DNA of 64,000 nt from the human T2T-CHM13v2.0 reference genome, Homo sapiens. The position numbers were made by a program, and so were the translations under genes. Shown here in pieces: positions 1 to 15,104 of the stretch; positions within the stretch are counted from its first letter, which is position 1, and every line of letters begins with the position of its first letter. The notes under the pieces are model-generated. The model saw nothing but the letters and a program-made list of their open reading frames with translations, did not search any database and was not told the DNA's origin. The stretch lies in assembly GCF_009914755.1 (NCBI RefSeq), contig NC_060937.1. One strand, written 5' to 3'.

Positions 1-179
1 CAGAGAGGACACAACTTGCCCCAAGGTCACATAGCTCATAGGTGTCCATATAGTCCAGTTTGCTGGACCTGAGCCTTCCTACTACACTGCCCCGCCCTGT
101 GGTGGAGGCCCATTTCCCTTCTTCTCCTCCTCCTGAACAAGATCCTGGGTAGGAGAGTCTCCCAGCTATAATAGCTCTT

Positions 180-994
180 TGTCAAAAGACAGAATTTGAA
201 TGAATTTGAAGATCTTAATTGGCTTTGTGATTCTAGAATCAGGCAACGCTCCATTCTGTAAAATAGGATAAGTGTTCCAATAAACTGAGCAGAAGGAGTT
301 GGTTTTATAGACAAAAAAGGGTAGAAGAAAGCAGAAACAAACAAGAAAAGGAGTATTGATCCTTTCAAAGTTACTTTCCTTGTAAGGTGGAAACAGGAAA
401 ACAGAACAATAGAAAGGTAACTGATTAGTTAACATCAAGTTATTTCAGGTTACTTTTTTCTTTTTTTTTATTGAGACAGAGTCTTGCTCTGTTGCCCAGG
501 CTGGAGTGCAGTGGCACAATCTCGGCTTCACAGCAGCCTCCACCTCCTGGGTTCAAGCAATTCTCCTGCCTCAGCCTCCCAAGTGGCTGGGACTACAGAT
601 GCCCGCCACCATGCCAGCTAATTTTTGTATTTTTAGTAGAGACGGGGTTTCACCATGTTGGCCAGGCTGGTCTTGAACTCCTGACCTCAGGTGATCCACC
701 CACCTCGGCCTCCCAAAAGGCTGGGATTACAGGCGTGAGCCACTATGCCTGGCCTATTTCAGGTTACTTTTTGTTGTGCAGATTAAAGGCAGAGGGAACT
801 TTATTATCATGTTGACTGAAACTGGCCTATTTGGGGATATTATCTCTATCTCCTGATTTCTCCAAGAGTCAGATGATTTGGTTTGGTGACATGGAACTTT
901 AGTATGAGTGACTCCATCTTGGCTTCTGGTCTGGTGAGCTGGAGCCCAGTGCAGGATCTTAGTCCAAAATAATGACCTCATAATTTTTATAACA
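180..994 (-). mobile_element. ERV1 MER4-group-like solo LTR, split by an Alu
   Basis: Minus strand starts TGTTATAAAAATTATGAGGTCATTATTTTGGACTAAGATCCTGCAC and ends in CA; contains AAGATGGAGTCACTCAT typical of MER4-group LTRs; subfamily not assigned. Confidence 0.6.
454..754 (-). mobile_element. AluS
   Basis: Full dimeric Alu; TSD TATTTCAGGTTACTTTT at 441 and 755. Confidence 0.95.
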
Positions 995-1651
995 TCCTTA
1001 TCCTGGAGCTAAAAAAACAAAACTGCAGCTCTTGTATTCGTTGCTACCAACTGCTTCTTATAGCATGAAAGACAGAAAAAGCAGTTGGATTACATCATTC
1101 CCCTGCGTGATAAAGGACAATGTTTCATCACACCTGCCACGCTCTGCCAGCCCTGCCTTTGCCCACCTTCCCAGCATCACTGGGTATCACTCTCTTCCTT
1201 ATCCACCAGCTTCCAGACCCACCACCAACTGGAAGAGGGTCAATATTACATTAAAGGGGAGCACATAGGGTGACATCGGATGGTGGCCGTCTTTAGGAAC
1301 ATGCAATTAGCCTCAAAAACAAGACTAACCCAGGTGAAACAGTTAAAGACCAGTAAAAGAGCATGCATAATTGTGTGCCAGGATGGAGGGTGCTGATAAG
1401 GACAGGGATCTGAAGAGCAGGTGGTGCTGGTGAGTGGGGAAGTCTGAAGGAGGCACTGGGGATTTGGAAGCAGCTTAAGGTGTCAGTACAGTGGTGAACT
1501 TCGACAATTAAAGTACTGTTTCACTAAAACAGGTAGGCTCATGTATGTGGAATAAGTATTTTCAGAAATACTTGTCAATTCAGATGGGAGTTTTACTTGC
1601 CTGTATGATGAAAGAAGAGGAAGTGGGGAGAAATAAGAAGAGAAGCTCTGA

Positions 1652-1990
<339 letters not shown>

Positions 1991-2520
1991 TTCTTCCACA
2001 ATCTCAAATTCCCCTTACCCCATTAGGCTTCAACAGGCCCTCATTTGTTTCTTCATCTTCTCTCTGAAGCCATTGTTGAAATGGATCCATCTGCATTGGA
2101 ATCGTAACCAGGGTTGGTGAACTGCATGGAATGCACATCCAACTAGAGAATGAGAGAGTAGGAAGGCATGCAGGACAGAAAGTGGTAGCCAAAAACTGCT
2201 GTGATGAGCCCATGAGAGCTGAGACGGGACTTTGCTTCGGGATCTATTCAACTTCTTATTCTATTATGACGCTGGAAGGAGGGATGGAGAGTCTTCCCAC
2301 CACAGAGGAGGCCAGATCAGAGTTTGGCCATGCAGGAGGAGCAGCTGCAGGTGTGTGGACCCCCACAACTCCACCCCAGCCAGGTGCCTGTGGTAGCTCC
2401 CAGGAAACGCCCTGGGGCCGGCACCCAGCAGCCAGTGGCGGGCACCATCAGTGACTAACATGGATCCATTCTGTGGCCATCTAAAACAACAGGCTGCATT
2501 TTGCTCTTAAAAGTCAGCCC

Positions 2521-2637
2521 CTCCCAGCTACTGGGGAGGCTGAAGCAGGAGGATCACTTGAACCCAGGAGCTGGAGGCCAGCCTGGGCAACATAGGGAGA
2601 TTTAGACTCAAAAAAAAAAGAAAAAAAGAAAGAAAAG
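2521..2637 (+). mobile_element. FLAM / Alu monomer
   Basis: CCCAGCTACTGGGGAGGCTGA...GCCTGGGCAACATAG followed by A-rich tail. Confidence 0.8.
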
Positions 2638-3908
2638 TCGATCCCAAACTTGCTTCCCTTGGCCAGCCTCACAATAGAGTAGACGCAGGGCATGGGCTAG
2701 GACTGGTGCCCTTCTGAGGTTTCCTAAGCATAATAACTTGCCTCAGTGCAAACAAACGCAATCCCTGGAAACATAGATATTGTTTCACAGTGTCTACAGC
2801 TTCATGTTTTTGGAAGGAGAAACCCTGATGCTCGCAGCAGTGAATGTATGCCAGGGAATGGAAGGAACTAGAGAAATGCACGTGAAACACCGAGGAGTCA
2901 GAAGATGCAGCCTCAACTCTGTAAGGCAAGGCAAGCTCTCTCTCAATGCAGGATGCAGTCCAGGCACATCCAGCACCAGGACAGCTGTAAAAGGACACTG
3001 GCCTGGGCTCCATCTCCAACCTCCTGAATCAGAACCTCCAGGGCTGGAACATCTGCAGCCTCTCCAAGAAAGAGATTTTTAAGCTGGAGGTGTCTGAGCT
3101 CTCTACCTGTCGCCCACATCCTGCTTGGTCAGGAGAGCAGTCCTCCACCCTGACAGGCAGATGGAGAAGGCCTCTGATGAATGGATGGAGGAAGGGTCAG
3201 TGAGGGCTAGTGTTGGAGTCCTGAAGGAGTGAGGGAGAGGACAGTGGGTGGGTCCTAATGCTCTGCCCCCCACGTAGGGAGGCTCACAGGGCACATGTCC
3301 TCAGGCTCTGCAGGTCACCTACCCAACTTTTAGTTATAATGTCCCAGAGCTTAATATGGGGCTATTTCTCAAGAAAAAATAGTAGCCCCTGTCTTGTCCC
3401 CTAACTCCTCATAGCAGCAAGTTTGAAGTTTGCTGATCTACAAAAGGTCCTCAAATCTGGCCTGAAGCAGCAATAGTATCTCTCCATTTATCCAAAAATT
3501 CATGTTTGTGTAGTCCTTCTCTGTTGTAATTCCCAAAGCAAGAGTTTTTAAGTGCAGGAGCATGTCTGAAAATCAGGACCCCCAGGGCTCTTGCTCAATC
3601 CCAAGAAGGTTAGAGTGGTTCTTAGCTTCAGCTGTCCCATCCTAAACGAGGAGGTGGGATTCTGGAATTTCTAAAAGTCATTCCTACTCCACTGCCCTAT
3701 AATTTCTAAGAAAAAAGCCAGCCACTTCGTCATAGAGTTGGGTATTCCACCTCCTCTGAAACATGTATGGAGAACAGCTTGAACGTTTTCACTGCTCACC
3801 TCTGCTTTTAGTGACTAAGGATAGAAAGGTCAGAGGCAAAGTGGCAAAGGACTTGAAAACTACCTTCAAAAACTAACTGCAAAAACCAAACTACTAATAT
3901 CGTTTGGT

Positions 3909-4206
<298 letters not shown>

Positions 4207-4343
4207 ATGGTTTGGTGTGGGTCTGGCGCCCTCTGGTGTGTTTTGAGACTGTGTCATGCTGGCTGGTGCTAAGTTCTCCCTGCTGCCATCTGTGGTCTGA
4301 CATGTGAGCACATGCTGTATATGCTGAGAGTGCTGTATTATAA

Positions 4344-4659
<316 letters not shown>

Positions 4660-4794
4660 TATAAATTATTTTAATTACCACCTGATACTTTCAGTAAATC
4701 TAGAAGAAAAATGGTAAATGCAAGGTTTTATTAAAACAAAAACAGGCTCAAAGTTAAAATATACTTGAGCCTTTATTAAAAACCACAATAAAAT

Positions 4795-5126
<332 letters not shown>

Positions 5127-5489
5127 CTATGCTTGTCTGTCTGTCTGTCTCTCTCTCTCCCTCCATGTTTTGAGATGGCACCACAGCAATGTGTAAAAGG
5201 TAAATCAAGGTTCATGACCCTGTCTGTATCAATTAGTGGGCTCTTGAGTTTTCTATTGCACCCAACAGCACCCCACTCCTGCAAAAATACTAACAACAAC
5301 AAAGCTGAATTTTAAACAGGAAAAGAAGGCAACAAAGCTTATGGAAGAGAACAAATATGGAAGATATTTATGGAATAAACATGGAATGGAATACAAAACA
5401 AATTATGGAAAATAAATACAATGAATCAGAAAGGATTTCTCAAACCATACTTGAAAATCGTAAATCTTAATGAAAATACCATAGAAAAA

Positions 5490-6800
5490 TAAAACATCTT
5501 TCGACAATAAGAGATATAAACAAAGTTAAAAAGCAAGTCATAGCCTGGAAGAGTATATTTGCAATGGGATCTAAAATAAATAAATAATAGCTACAAAACT
5601 GTAAGAGACAACCCAAAAGGCAAGTAATAATACAAAAGCCTAAATTACCAATAAACATGAAAAAGATGTTAGGTTCCTTAGTCATTAGAGAAATGCAAAC
5701 TAAAGCCACAAGGAGCTCTCATAGTGCCTTCAATGAGTTAGCAAAAATAAGACAAAAAAAAAAAAAAACAAAAAAACAGCTGTCAAGTGTTTTTCTAAGT
5801 ATTTTCATAAAAGATTCATATACTGCAGGTGGGAGTGAACAGGGAGGCTAAAAAGCAAAAAAGTTTTCTATCTTGTATACATTTGAGTGCAGAAAAAACC
5901 CAGAAAACTCCCCTGATAATCTAAGCACACCTGCCCTCGGGTGGGCTTAGGATTCAATATAATGATCTTCAAGTAGTCCAGGAAAATACAAGCCAAGAAA
6001 TTATAGTAGCCCTAGACTCACAGTGCCTTGGAGCACCTTAACAAAACAAAAACAAAATCTGGAGAAATGTACCCTTAATACAGGCCTCACAGTATTCCCA
6101 CAAGTCAACCCTTTCAAACATGAGTTTATAATCTAAAATTACAAAATACATTAAAGAGAAAATTAATTAACTGAAATATATATTTGAAAAAATTATTCAG
6201 AATGCAGCACAGAGAGAGAAAGAAATGGAAAATATAAAACAGAGGTTAACAGAAACAAAGTGTAGAGTGAGAAGGTCCAATTTACTGCCTAATAGCAGTT
6301 CTAGAAGAAAATGACAAGGAAGAGGTAAAATTTAAAGAGACAAATGACTAACAATTTCCCAGACCAATAAGACAAGAATGCTCAAATCCAAGAATTATAA
6401 TCAATCCCAAGCAGGGTAAATGAATATCTACACCTTAATATTATAATGAATGTATATAATACCAAAGAAAAATAATAACTTACCTATATGGAAAGACAAT
6501 TTGACTGTAAGAAAATTTCTCGATAGCAGTAATAGAAGTCAGAAATCAATAAAATTATATTTTCAAATTTAGAAAAACAAAAAAAAACCTGTCAGCCTAG
6601 ACTTTTATATTACTAAACAATTACTCGAGAATGAGGGTGAGATAAAAATACATTTTTATCCAATTAAAAACTGACATCATTCACCAATAGCATACCCTCA
6701 GCTAAAGGCACTTCTTCAGAATGTCCTTGAAGAACAAAAATTACTGTAGAAAGAAGATATGAAACACAAGGAAGAATAAAGAATCGGCCAACACGTGAAT
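5490..6800 (+). mobile_element. Old L1M fragments
   Basis: A-rich degenerate L1 ORF2-like (GTCATTAGAGAAATGCAAACTAAAGCCACA) and ORF1-like stretches. Confidence 0.6.
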
Positions 6801-7053
6801 AAATCTAGATTTATTAATAAAACTAGGTTATTTATTAAATTGGTTGGAAGGTACATGGGCACAGATACTTCTTTATTCTTTTTTGTGTGGCTAAAATATT
6901 TGATAGTATTTTTTTAAGTAGCACAGGGAAAAGAGTTCTAGGCAGAAGATTCTGAGGCTAGAAAGAGCTTGACCTACTTATACAACTGAAAGAGAGCTAG
7001 CATATCTGGAACAGGGTAAAGAGAAGTGGTACAAAATGAGGGTGGAAGGGAGT

Positions 7054-8901
7054 AGGCAAGAGACATGAATAGACACTTTCCAAAAGAAGACATGCATGTG
7101 GCTAACAAGTATATGAAAAAATGCTCAACATCACTAACCATTAGAGAAATGCAAATCAAAACCACAATGAGACACCATCTCACTCCAGACAGAATGACTA
7201 TTATTAAATAGTCAAAAAATTGCAGATGCTGTTGAGGTTCTGGGAAAAAAGGGAACACTTGTGGGAATGTAAATTAGTTCAACTACTATTATTGGGGGAA
7301 GCTGCCCCCAATATTTCAACGTAGGTTCTTTCTATTTTCCGTAAGTGTCGGCCGGCTGAGAAATAAAGAGAGACAGTACAAAGAGAGGAATTTTACAGCT
7401 GGGCCACCAGGGGTGACATCACCTATCAGTAGGACCATGATGCCTGCCTGAGTCTCAGACCAGCAAGTTTTTATTAAGGGTTTCAAAAGGGGAGGGGGTG
7501 TAAGAACAGGGAGTAGGTACAAAGATCACATGCTTCAAAAGGCAAAAAGCAGAACTGCTAGTAAGGGTCTAACAAAGATCACATGCTTCTGAGGGAACAG
7601 GACAAAGGGCAAAAGCAGAACTACTGATAAGGGTCTATGTTCAGCAGTGCACATATTGTCTTGATAAACATCTTAAATAACAGAAAACAGGGTTCGAGAG
7701 CAGAGAAACAGTGTGACCACAAATTTACCAGGGCAGAGTTTTTCCCCACCCTAGTAAGCCTGAGGGTACTGCAGGAGACCAGGGCATATCTCAGTCCTTA
7801 TCTCAACTGCATAAGACAGACATTCCCAGAGCAGCCATTTATAGACCTCCCGCGAGGAATGCATTCCTTTCCCAGGGTGTTAATATTAATATTCCTTGCT
7901 AGGAAAAGAATTTAGCAATATCTCTCCTATTTGCACGTCAGTTTATAGGCTCTCTGCAATAAGAAAAATATGGCTCTTTTTACCTGACCCCGCAGGCAGT
8001 CAGACCTTATGGTTGTCTTTCCTTGTTCCCTAAAAATCACTGTTATTCTGTTCTTTCTCAAGGTGCACTGATTTCCTATTGTTCAAACACACATGTTTTA
8101 CAATCAATTTGTACAGTTAACAAAATTATCACAGTGGTCCTGAGGTGATGTACAACCTTAGTTTACAAAGATAACAGGATTAAGAGATTAAAATAAAGAC
8201 AGGCATAAGAAATTATGAAAGTATTATTTGGGAACTGATAAATGTCCATGAAATCTTCACAATTTATGATCCTCTGCTGTGGCTCCAGCCGGTCCTGCCG
8301 TTTGGGGTCCATGACTTCCTGCAACACATTATGGAAGACAGTGTGGCAATTCCTCAAAGACCCAAAGACAGAAATACCATTCAACCCAGCAATCCCATTG
8401 GGTATCTACCCAAAGGAATATAAATCATTCTATTATGAGCACACATGCACATGTATGTTCAATCTAGTACTATTCACAATAGCAAAGACATAGAATCAAC
8501 CTAAATGCCCATCAATGATAGAGTGGATAAAGAAAATGCAGTATATATACACCATGGAATACTATGCAGCCATAAAAAAAGAATGAGATCGTGTCCTTTC
8601 CAGGGACATGGATGGAGCTGGAAGCCATTATCCTTAGCAAACTAACATAGGAACAGAAAACCAAATACCGCATGTTCTTACTTATAAGTGGGAGCTAAAT
8701 GATGAGAACACATGGACACATAGAGGGGAACAACATACACTCGGACCTAGTGGAGGGTGGAGGTGCATTGAGGGAGAGGGTTAGGCAAAATATTATATGT
8801 ATTTTGTATAACAGACCCCCATGACATACATTTACCTACGTAACAAACCTGCACATGTACCCCTGAACTTAAAATAAAAGTAAAACAAACAAACAAACAA
8901 A
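7054..8901 (+). mobile_element. L1 (L1PA/L1PB-type) 3' end, interrupted by MER11 LTR
   Basis: L1 ORF2 end and 3'UTR motifs (AAATGCAAATCAAAACCACAATGAGA, GGAGCTAAATGATGAGAACACATGGACAC) and A-rich tail. Confidence 0.9.
7290..8326 (-). mobile_element. MER11 solo LTR (HERV-K HML-8)
   Basis: Minus strand begins TGTTGCAGGAAGTCATGGACCCCAAACGGCAGGACCGGCTGGAGCC, matching the MER11 start; ~1.04 kb; degenerate 6-bp TSD TACTAT/CATTAT; L1 sequence resumes in register on both sides. Confidence 0.9.
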
Positions 8902-9051
8902 ATGTTCATCACTAGGAAAACAGATGAACAAACTGTAGAGCATTCATGCAACAGAAGACTCTTCAACCACAGAAAGGAACAAACTACTGAAGAACACACC
9001 ATAGACGAATCTCCTAAACTTGCTACATGAGACAAGCTGGACACCAAATAA

Positions 9052-9473
<422 letters not shown>

Positions 9474-9490
9474 AAAATTATTCTATTCTT

Positions 9491-9837
<347 letters not shown>

Positions 9838-10640
9838 TGAGCTCATTTTTTAAAAAAAAGAACTAAAAGAAATGATGGGATGGAAAATGGGTTGAAGTAT
9901 AGATGAAATAAAAAAGGCACATGAATAGTAGTTTTTGAGGCTGGGTGACGGGTCTATTATACTATTTTGTCTACTTTGTGTTTAAAATTTTCTATAATAA
10001 AACACTGGTCTAAAAAGACAAGTTATCTACAATGTTCTTAAAATTTTGGTTATCTTTTCAGGGGAGGGCAAGAAAAAGTGATTTTCAGGCATGATAGAGG
10101 CTGATTCTATTCCTTGGTCACACAAGTTTATCCACTTTGTAATAACGCACTGAGCTTTACATGAATGCTTTGTGCATGCATTTCTGTATGCATGTTACAA
10201 TATCAATAACAATTTTAAATATTACATTTAAACACAAAAATCCTAACAGCATCTCAGAACAATGGCAGCACTGTTGTTTGTTTTAAAACAGGATATGTTC
10301 ACTCATGGCATTATCAGATGACTTTTAATATTTTGAGATATTTATTCATGTCCTAACCCTTGGTAAGTGGCATGGTTTTTATTTTTCATGATGCACTTTT
10401 TTTCAGCAAAGTCCTCCCCCAACCGTGCTGCTCACCAAGGCCCTGGCACCTAGCACAGTGCCCTGGGAAACTTGTAAATCTGGGTTAGATTTGGGACAAA
10501 ACAGGAAGTAGAGGTCAGTTCCTTCCAAGAGAAGTAAATAGGTAATGCAAGGAAGATTGAAAGGCCGCAACTCAGCAGCAAATGTTTTTACATTCATTTG
10601 AGAAACACTTGCAAAGAGTTTACCAAAAAATGTTGGTTTA

Positions 10641-11004
10641 AAGCAGCAGTTTTGAGGACTGGCTGCACACTATGGAAAGCTGTTGTTTATTTATTTATTT
10701 ATTTTTAAGATGAAATCTGGCTCTGTCACCATCACCCAGGCTGGAGTGCAGTGTCGTAATCATAGCTCACTACATCCTCCAACTCCTGGGCTCAAAGTAT
10801 CCTCCACCTCAGCCACCAAAAGTGCTGAAATTAGAGGTGTGAACCACCACCCCTCTCCATTCCTGGGGAGCTTTTAACAATACTGATGTCCTGGTTTCAC
10901 TCCAGGAATTCTGGGTTCATTGGTCTGTTGCAACTTGGGTTTAGGGGGATTTTTAAAAGCCCCCATGTGATCCTAATGTGCAGCCAGAGGTGAGAACTAC
11001 TGGT
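10641..11004. mobile_element. MER5A-like DNA transposon split by an Alu monomer/AluJ fragment (10683-10855)
   Basis: End motif GTGATCCTAATGTGCAGCCAGAGGTGAGAACTACTG. Confidence 0.65.
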
Positions 11005-11256
11005 TCATGGTGAGAGGTGCATTAGCTGTGCCTCATTTCCATGTGTGCTGTAGCAATTTGCCCCATGGCCATTGCTGCATTTGGATTTTTGGAAAAAAGC
11101 TTTGCTGTGTTAAAAATTAGAGAACAACTTCAAGATGTACTCAACTGTGTGGTTCAGTGGCAGCAGGAGGAAGTGTCTCCCAGCAGATCTATCTTTATGT
11201 CACTTGCGTTCAGAGTAAGAGGTTGTCTCTGGCACAGTAGTTTATGATGAAAATCA

Positions 11257-11561
<305 letters not shown>

Positions 11562-11934
11562 CTATGATGAGGAATGAAAAATATAATATTGGGCCTTTAT
11601 TTCCTAAATGGCCCTCCGCCATTTCCCCAAATTATTCCAACTTTTCCCAAGACACTTCAGAAACATTCTCTGGAGGGAAATATTGCAAATGGTGAAGAGT
11701 ACTAGATGGATGAGAATCCCATGGGATTCTTGCTTAAACTGCAGAAGAGTCACCCTCCAGGACTTCAAAAATTTACGGAAGCTGCATGAGTAGTGTGGGC
11801 TATGGAAGTCATGGGCGTCGACGTCAGGCCGACTTGGTCCTGAGTCCCTGTCCAGCTTCTTAGTTGCTGTGGGGCTTTGGACAAGTTCCCTGACTTGAAA
11901 CACTTATATAAACCTCACCTGCAAGAAAATGCAT

Positions 11935-12425
11935 AGTGATACTGATTGCAAAAATGGCATCAATTCATCATCCTTCCCTGTATCCAGACCCTTTGCAGTG
12001 TGCTTGTACAGATGTTCTCATTAAGAAGCAGACTCTGTTTCCCAAACCTTGGATCTCAGCTGGCCTTATTTGCTGTGGCCAATAGAAGACTGCAAACATA
12101 ACAGTGTGCCAGCTTGGGGCTTAGGCTCAAAAGTTCTTGAATGCTTTGTTTTTCTTTCAGAATTCTACCATTTCCATAAGAGCAAGTCTGTGCTAGCCTG
12201 TTGGAGGACGAGAAACCATGAGAAGCAAAGTGCCACAGTTGACAGCCAACTCACCCCCAGAAGCAGAGATGCCTAGTCAACCAAAAGTTAAGCACACATG
12301 TCCAAAGGGGCCCAGCTGGGTCCAGAAGAATGGCCCAGCTGAGCCCAGCCCAAATGGCTGAACAGCTCAATCATGAGTGAATAAGTTTTGGGTGATTTGT
12401 TATGCAGCAATAGCTAAATAATACA
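11935..12425 (+). mobile_element. MLT1-type MaLR solo LTR
   Basis: Ends GGGTGATTTGTTATGCAGCAATAGCTAAATAATACA, the MLT1 3' signature; contains GCCCAGCTGAGCCCAGCCCAAAT. Confidence 0.8.
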
Positions 12426-13012
12426 TGCACCCAGTGCAGATAGGATGCTAGGATTCAAGGACAGGTTGATTACAAGTTACCTGCAAACAGAAGACACCCT
12501 ACAGTTGCTGATTTTCTTTTCCTCTTATTTAAAGTTGGGCCTCTTGCTTGATGGCATCGAGTTACACAGAAATGCATGTAGACATGTCTGCATGTAATTG
12601 GTGCTTAAACTACGCAGTCCTCCACAGCATGTGAGGAAACAAATGTACACAGCCTGACCGTTAGGGTCAAGGCCAAATAGCAAAGTAAGTGTGCCTTTAA
12701 TCTATTCCCTCCATATCTAAACTTCGTAGGTCAAGGCTGTGGACAGATCTGAAGACACTGGGTTTCCTCCTTTTGGGGGCCCCATCATCCTTTGTTCATT
12801 TTCTGATCTCTGGAAAGACGATGGGCAGCAGGTGGGCAGCAGGGAAACCTGTGGACACTTTGTTCTTGTAGCCCCTGCCCTCTAGAGGCACCATCTCTCA
12901 CTCTTGGGCCTGAAGAGAGCTGTTGGGAGGGAGGAGGTGTCCCCTAACTTCTGGCAGAAAAGAGTGTTTCAGACCCGTCACCTCCCTCAGCTCAGGGCAG
13001 TCAGAGTCCTCC

Positions 13013-13305
13013 GAGCTGCGCTTCAGTGTGGTGGCCACTGGCCACGTGGGGCTGCTGGGCACCTGGAATAAGCTGCTTTGCACTGACGTGTGCTGGAAAC
13101 TTAAAAATCCAGAGAGTTGCCAAAATTAGTACCAAAACTTATACACTTTATTAACAATTATATACTGGTCTCATATTAAAATGATCATATTTTGGCTATA
13201 TTGGGTCAAATAAATTATTACAATCAATTTCACCTGTTTCTTTAATATGTGGCTATTAGAAAATTTAAAATACACATATGGTTCACATTTTATTTCTTAG
13301 AAGAC
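13013..13305. mobile_element. MER33/MER3-type hAT-Charlie MITE
   Basis: GCCACTGGCCACGTGGGGCT and ATGTGGCTATTAGAAAATTTAAAATACACATATGG motifs. Confidence 0.7.
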
Positions 13306-13417
13306 TGTCTCCTTTTTGAAATCTCAGGCTGCCTGCTCAAAGGACCAGGGGCCAGGAAGATCATAAAAATCCAAAATTCTAAAATAATTGTCATTATGTT
13401 GTTTCTACTTGTGAATT

Positions 13418-14030
13418 TTATATATATATAAAATATATATATTATATATAAAATATATATATTATATAGTATATATATAAAATATATACTATATAAAATA
13501 TATATACTATATATATAATATATATAATATATAATATATAATATATATTATATATTATATATATTTTATATATATAATATATAAAATATATATTATATAT
13601 ATAAAATATATATAATATATAATATATATATAAAATATATATAATATATAAAATATATATTATATATTATATATAATATATAAAATATGTATAAAATATA
13701 TATTATATATATAATATTATATATAATATATATAAAATATATTTATAAAATATATATAAATATATATAATATATATATAAAATATATTTATAAAATATAT
13801 ATATAATATATATAAAATATATATATAAAATATATATAATATATATAATATATATAAAATATATCTATATAAAATATATATATAATGTATCTATATAAAA
13901 TATATATATAATATATCTATATAAAAATATATATAATGTATCTATATAAAATATATATATAATGTATATATATAAAATATATACATATAAAATGTATATA
14001 TATAAAATATATATATATAACTTATAAATG
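13418..14030. repeat. ~600-bp (TA)n-rich low-complexity tract
   Basis: Almost exclusively A/T with TATATAAAATATATA variants. Confidence 0.98.
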
Positions 14031-14767
14031 AATATAATCTTATACACAAGGTTAAATGTAAATGTCCCCAGGGCAGGGCCAGGCCCAGTGCTGGGAGAAA
14101 GCCCTGTCTGAAAAACCTGCTGCCAGGGGCCTGTGGTTCTTGCTTCATCCAACCCAGTATCTGATGGCATCTCCTGTCTTCGGTCTCACCATGGCTTGCA
14201 TGTGTGGGGCCTTCTCTCCATTTCTCCCAGGCCCCTTCTGTTCTCCCTGTTCCCTCCATCATGTCTCAGACTCTGGCCTTGGGACTAGAAGCCCCTTCCT
14301 AGACCTACCTCAGTTGTCATTTCCCCAAACCTTTCGCACAGGTTGAGGACTGGACTGCGGTCCTCTCTGCCCTGGGAGGCAGTGGGAGCTCAGCACCACC
14401 CACATCTCCTGCTCCCCTGACTCCCTCAGGAGAGATTTGTGGTCTTAGCTTGTCATCATCCTCTCTCCCCAGCTTCAGTGAGCAGGCCAGGGCTGCCTTG
14501 GGAATCAGGATGGCGACAGTGTTAGGGGGGCTCTCTGACCACGTCCGCATCACAGAGGAGTTAACTTGTTGTGACAGACAGGTACTAGGGCAGCTCTGCT
14601 GATGACCTAACCAAGGCCAAGGTTTGGGCAGAGCAACAAATGTTGGCAGCCTCCACCTACCAGGCTTTGTGCTGCTGTGCTTCTGAGTCAGTGGGGCAGG
14701 TTAGATAGGAGGAGATTGGGGCTGGCTGACTTCCCCCTAGCAAAGATTGGGGGAAAGAGTTGAAGTA

Positions 14768-15104
<337 letters not shown>

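Noticed and set aside
471-815. Alu-derived ORFs here and throughout (LECSG, WDYR, QAGVQW motifs)
   Set aside because: Standard translations of Alu sequence, not genes
12875-12888. CTCF-like motif (minus strand CCTCTAGAGGGCAG); weaker one near 17286
   Set aside because: A single motif match is expected by chance in 64 kb and occupancy cannot be judged from sequence
13865-14262. Tyr/Ile-rich ORFs
   Set aside because: Translations of the TA tract
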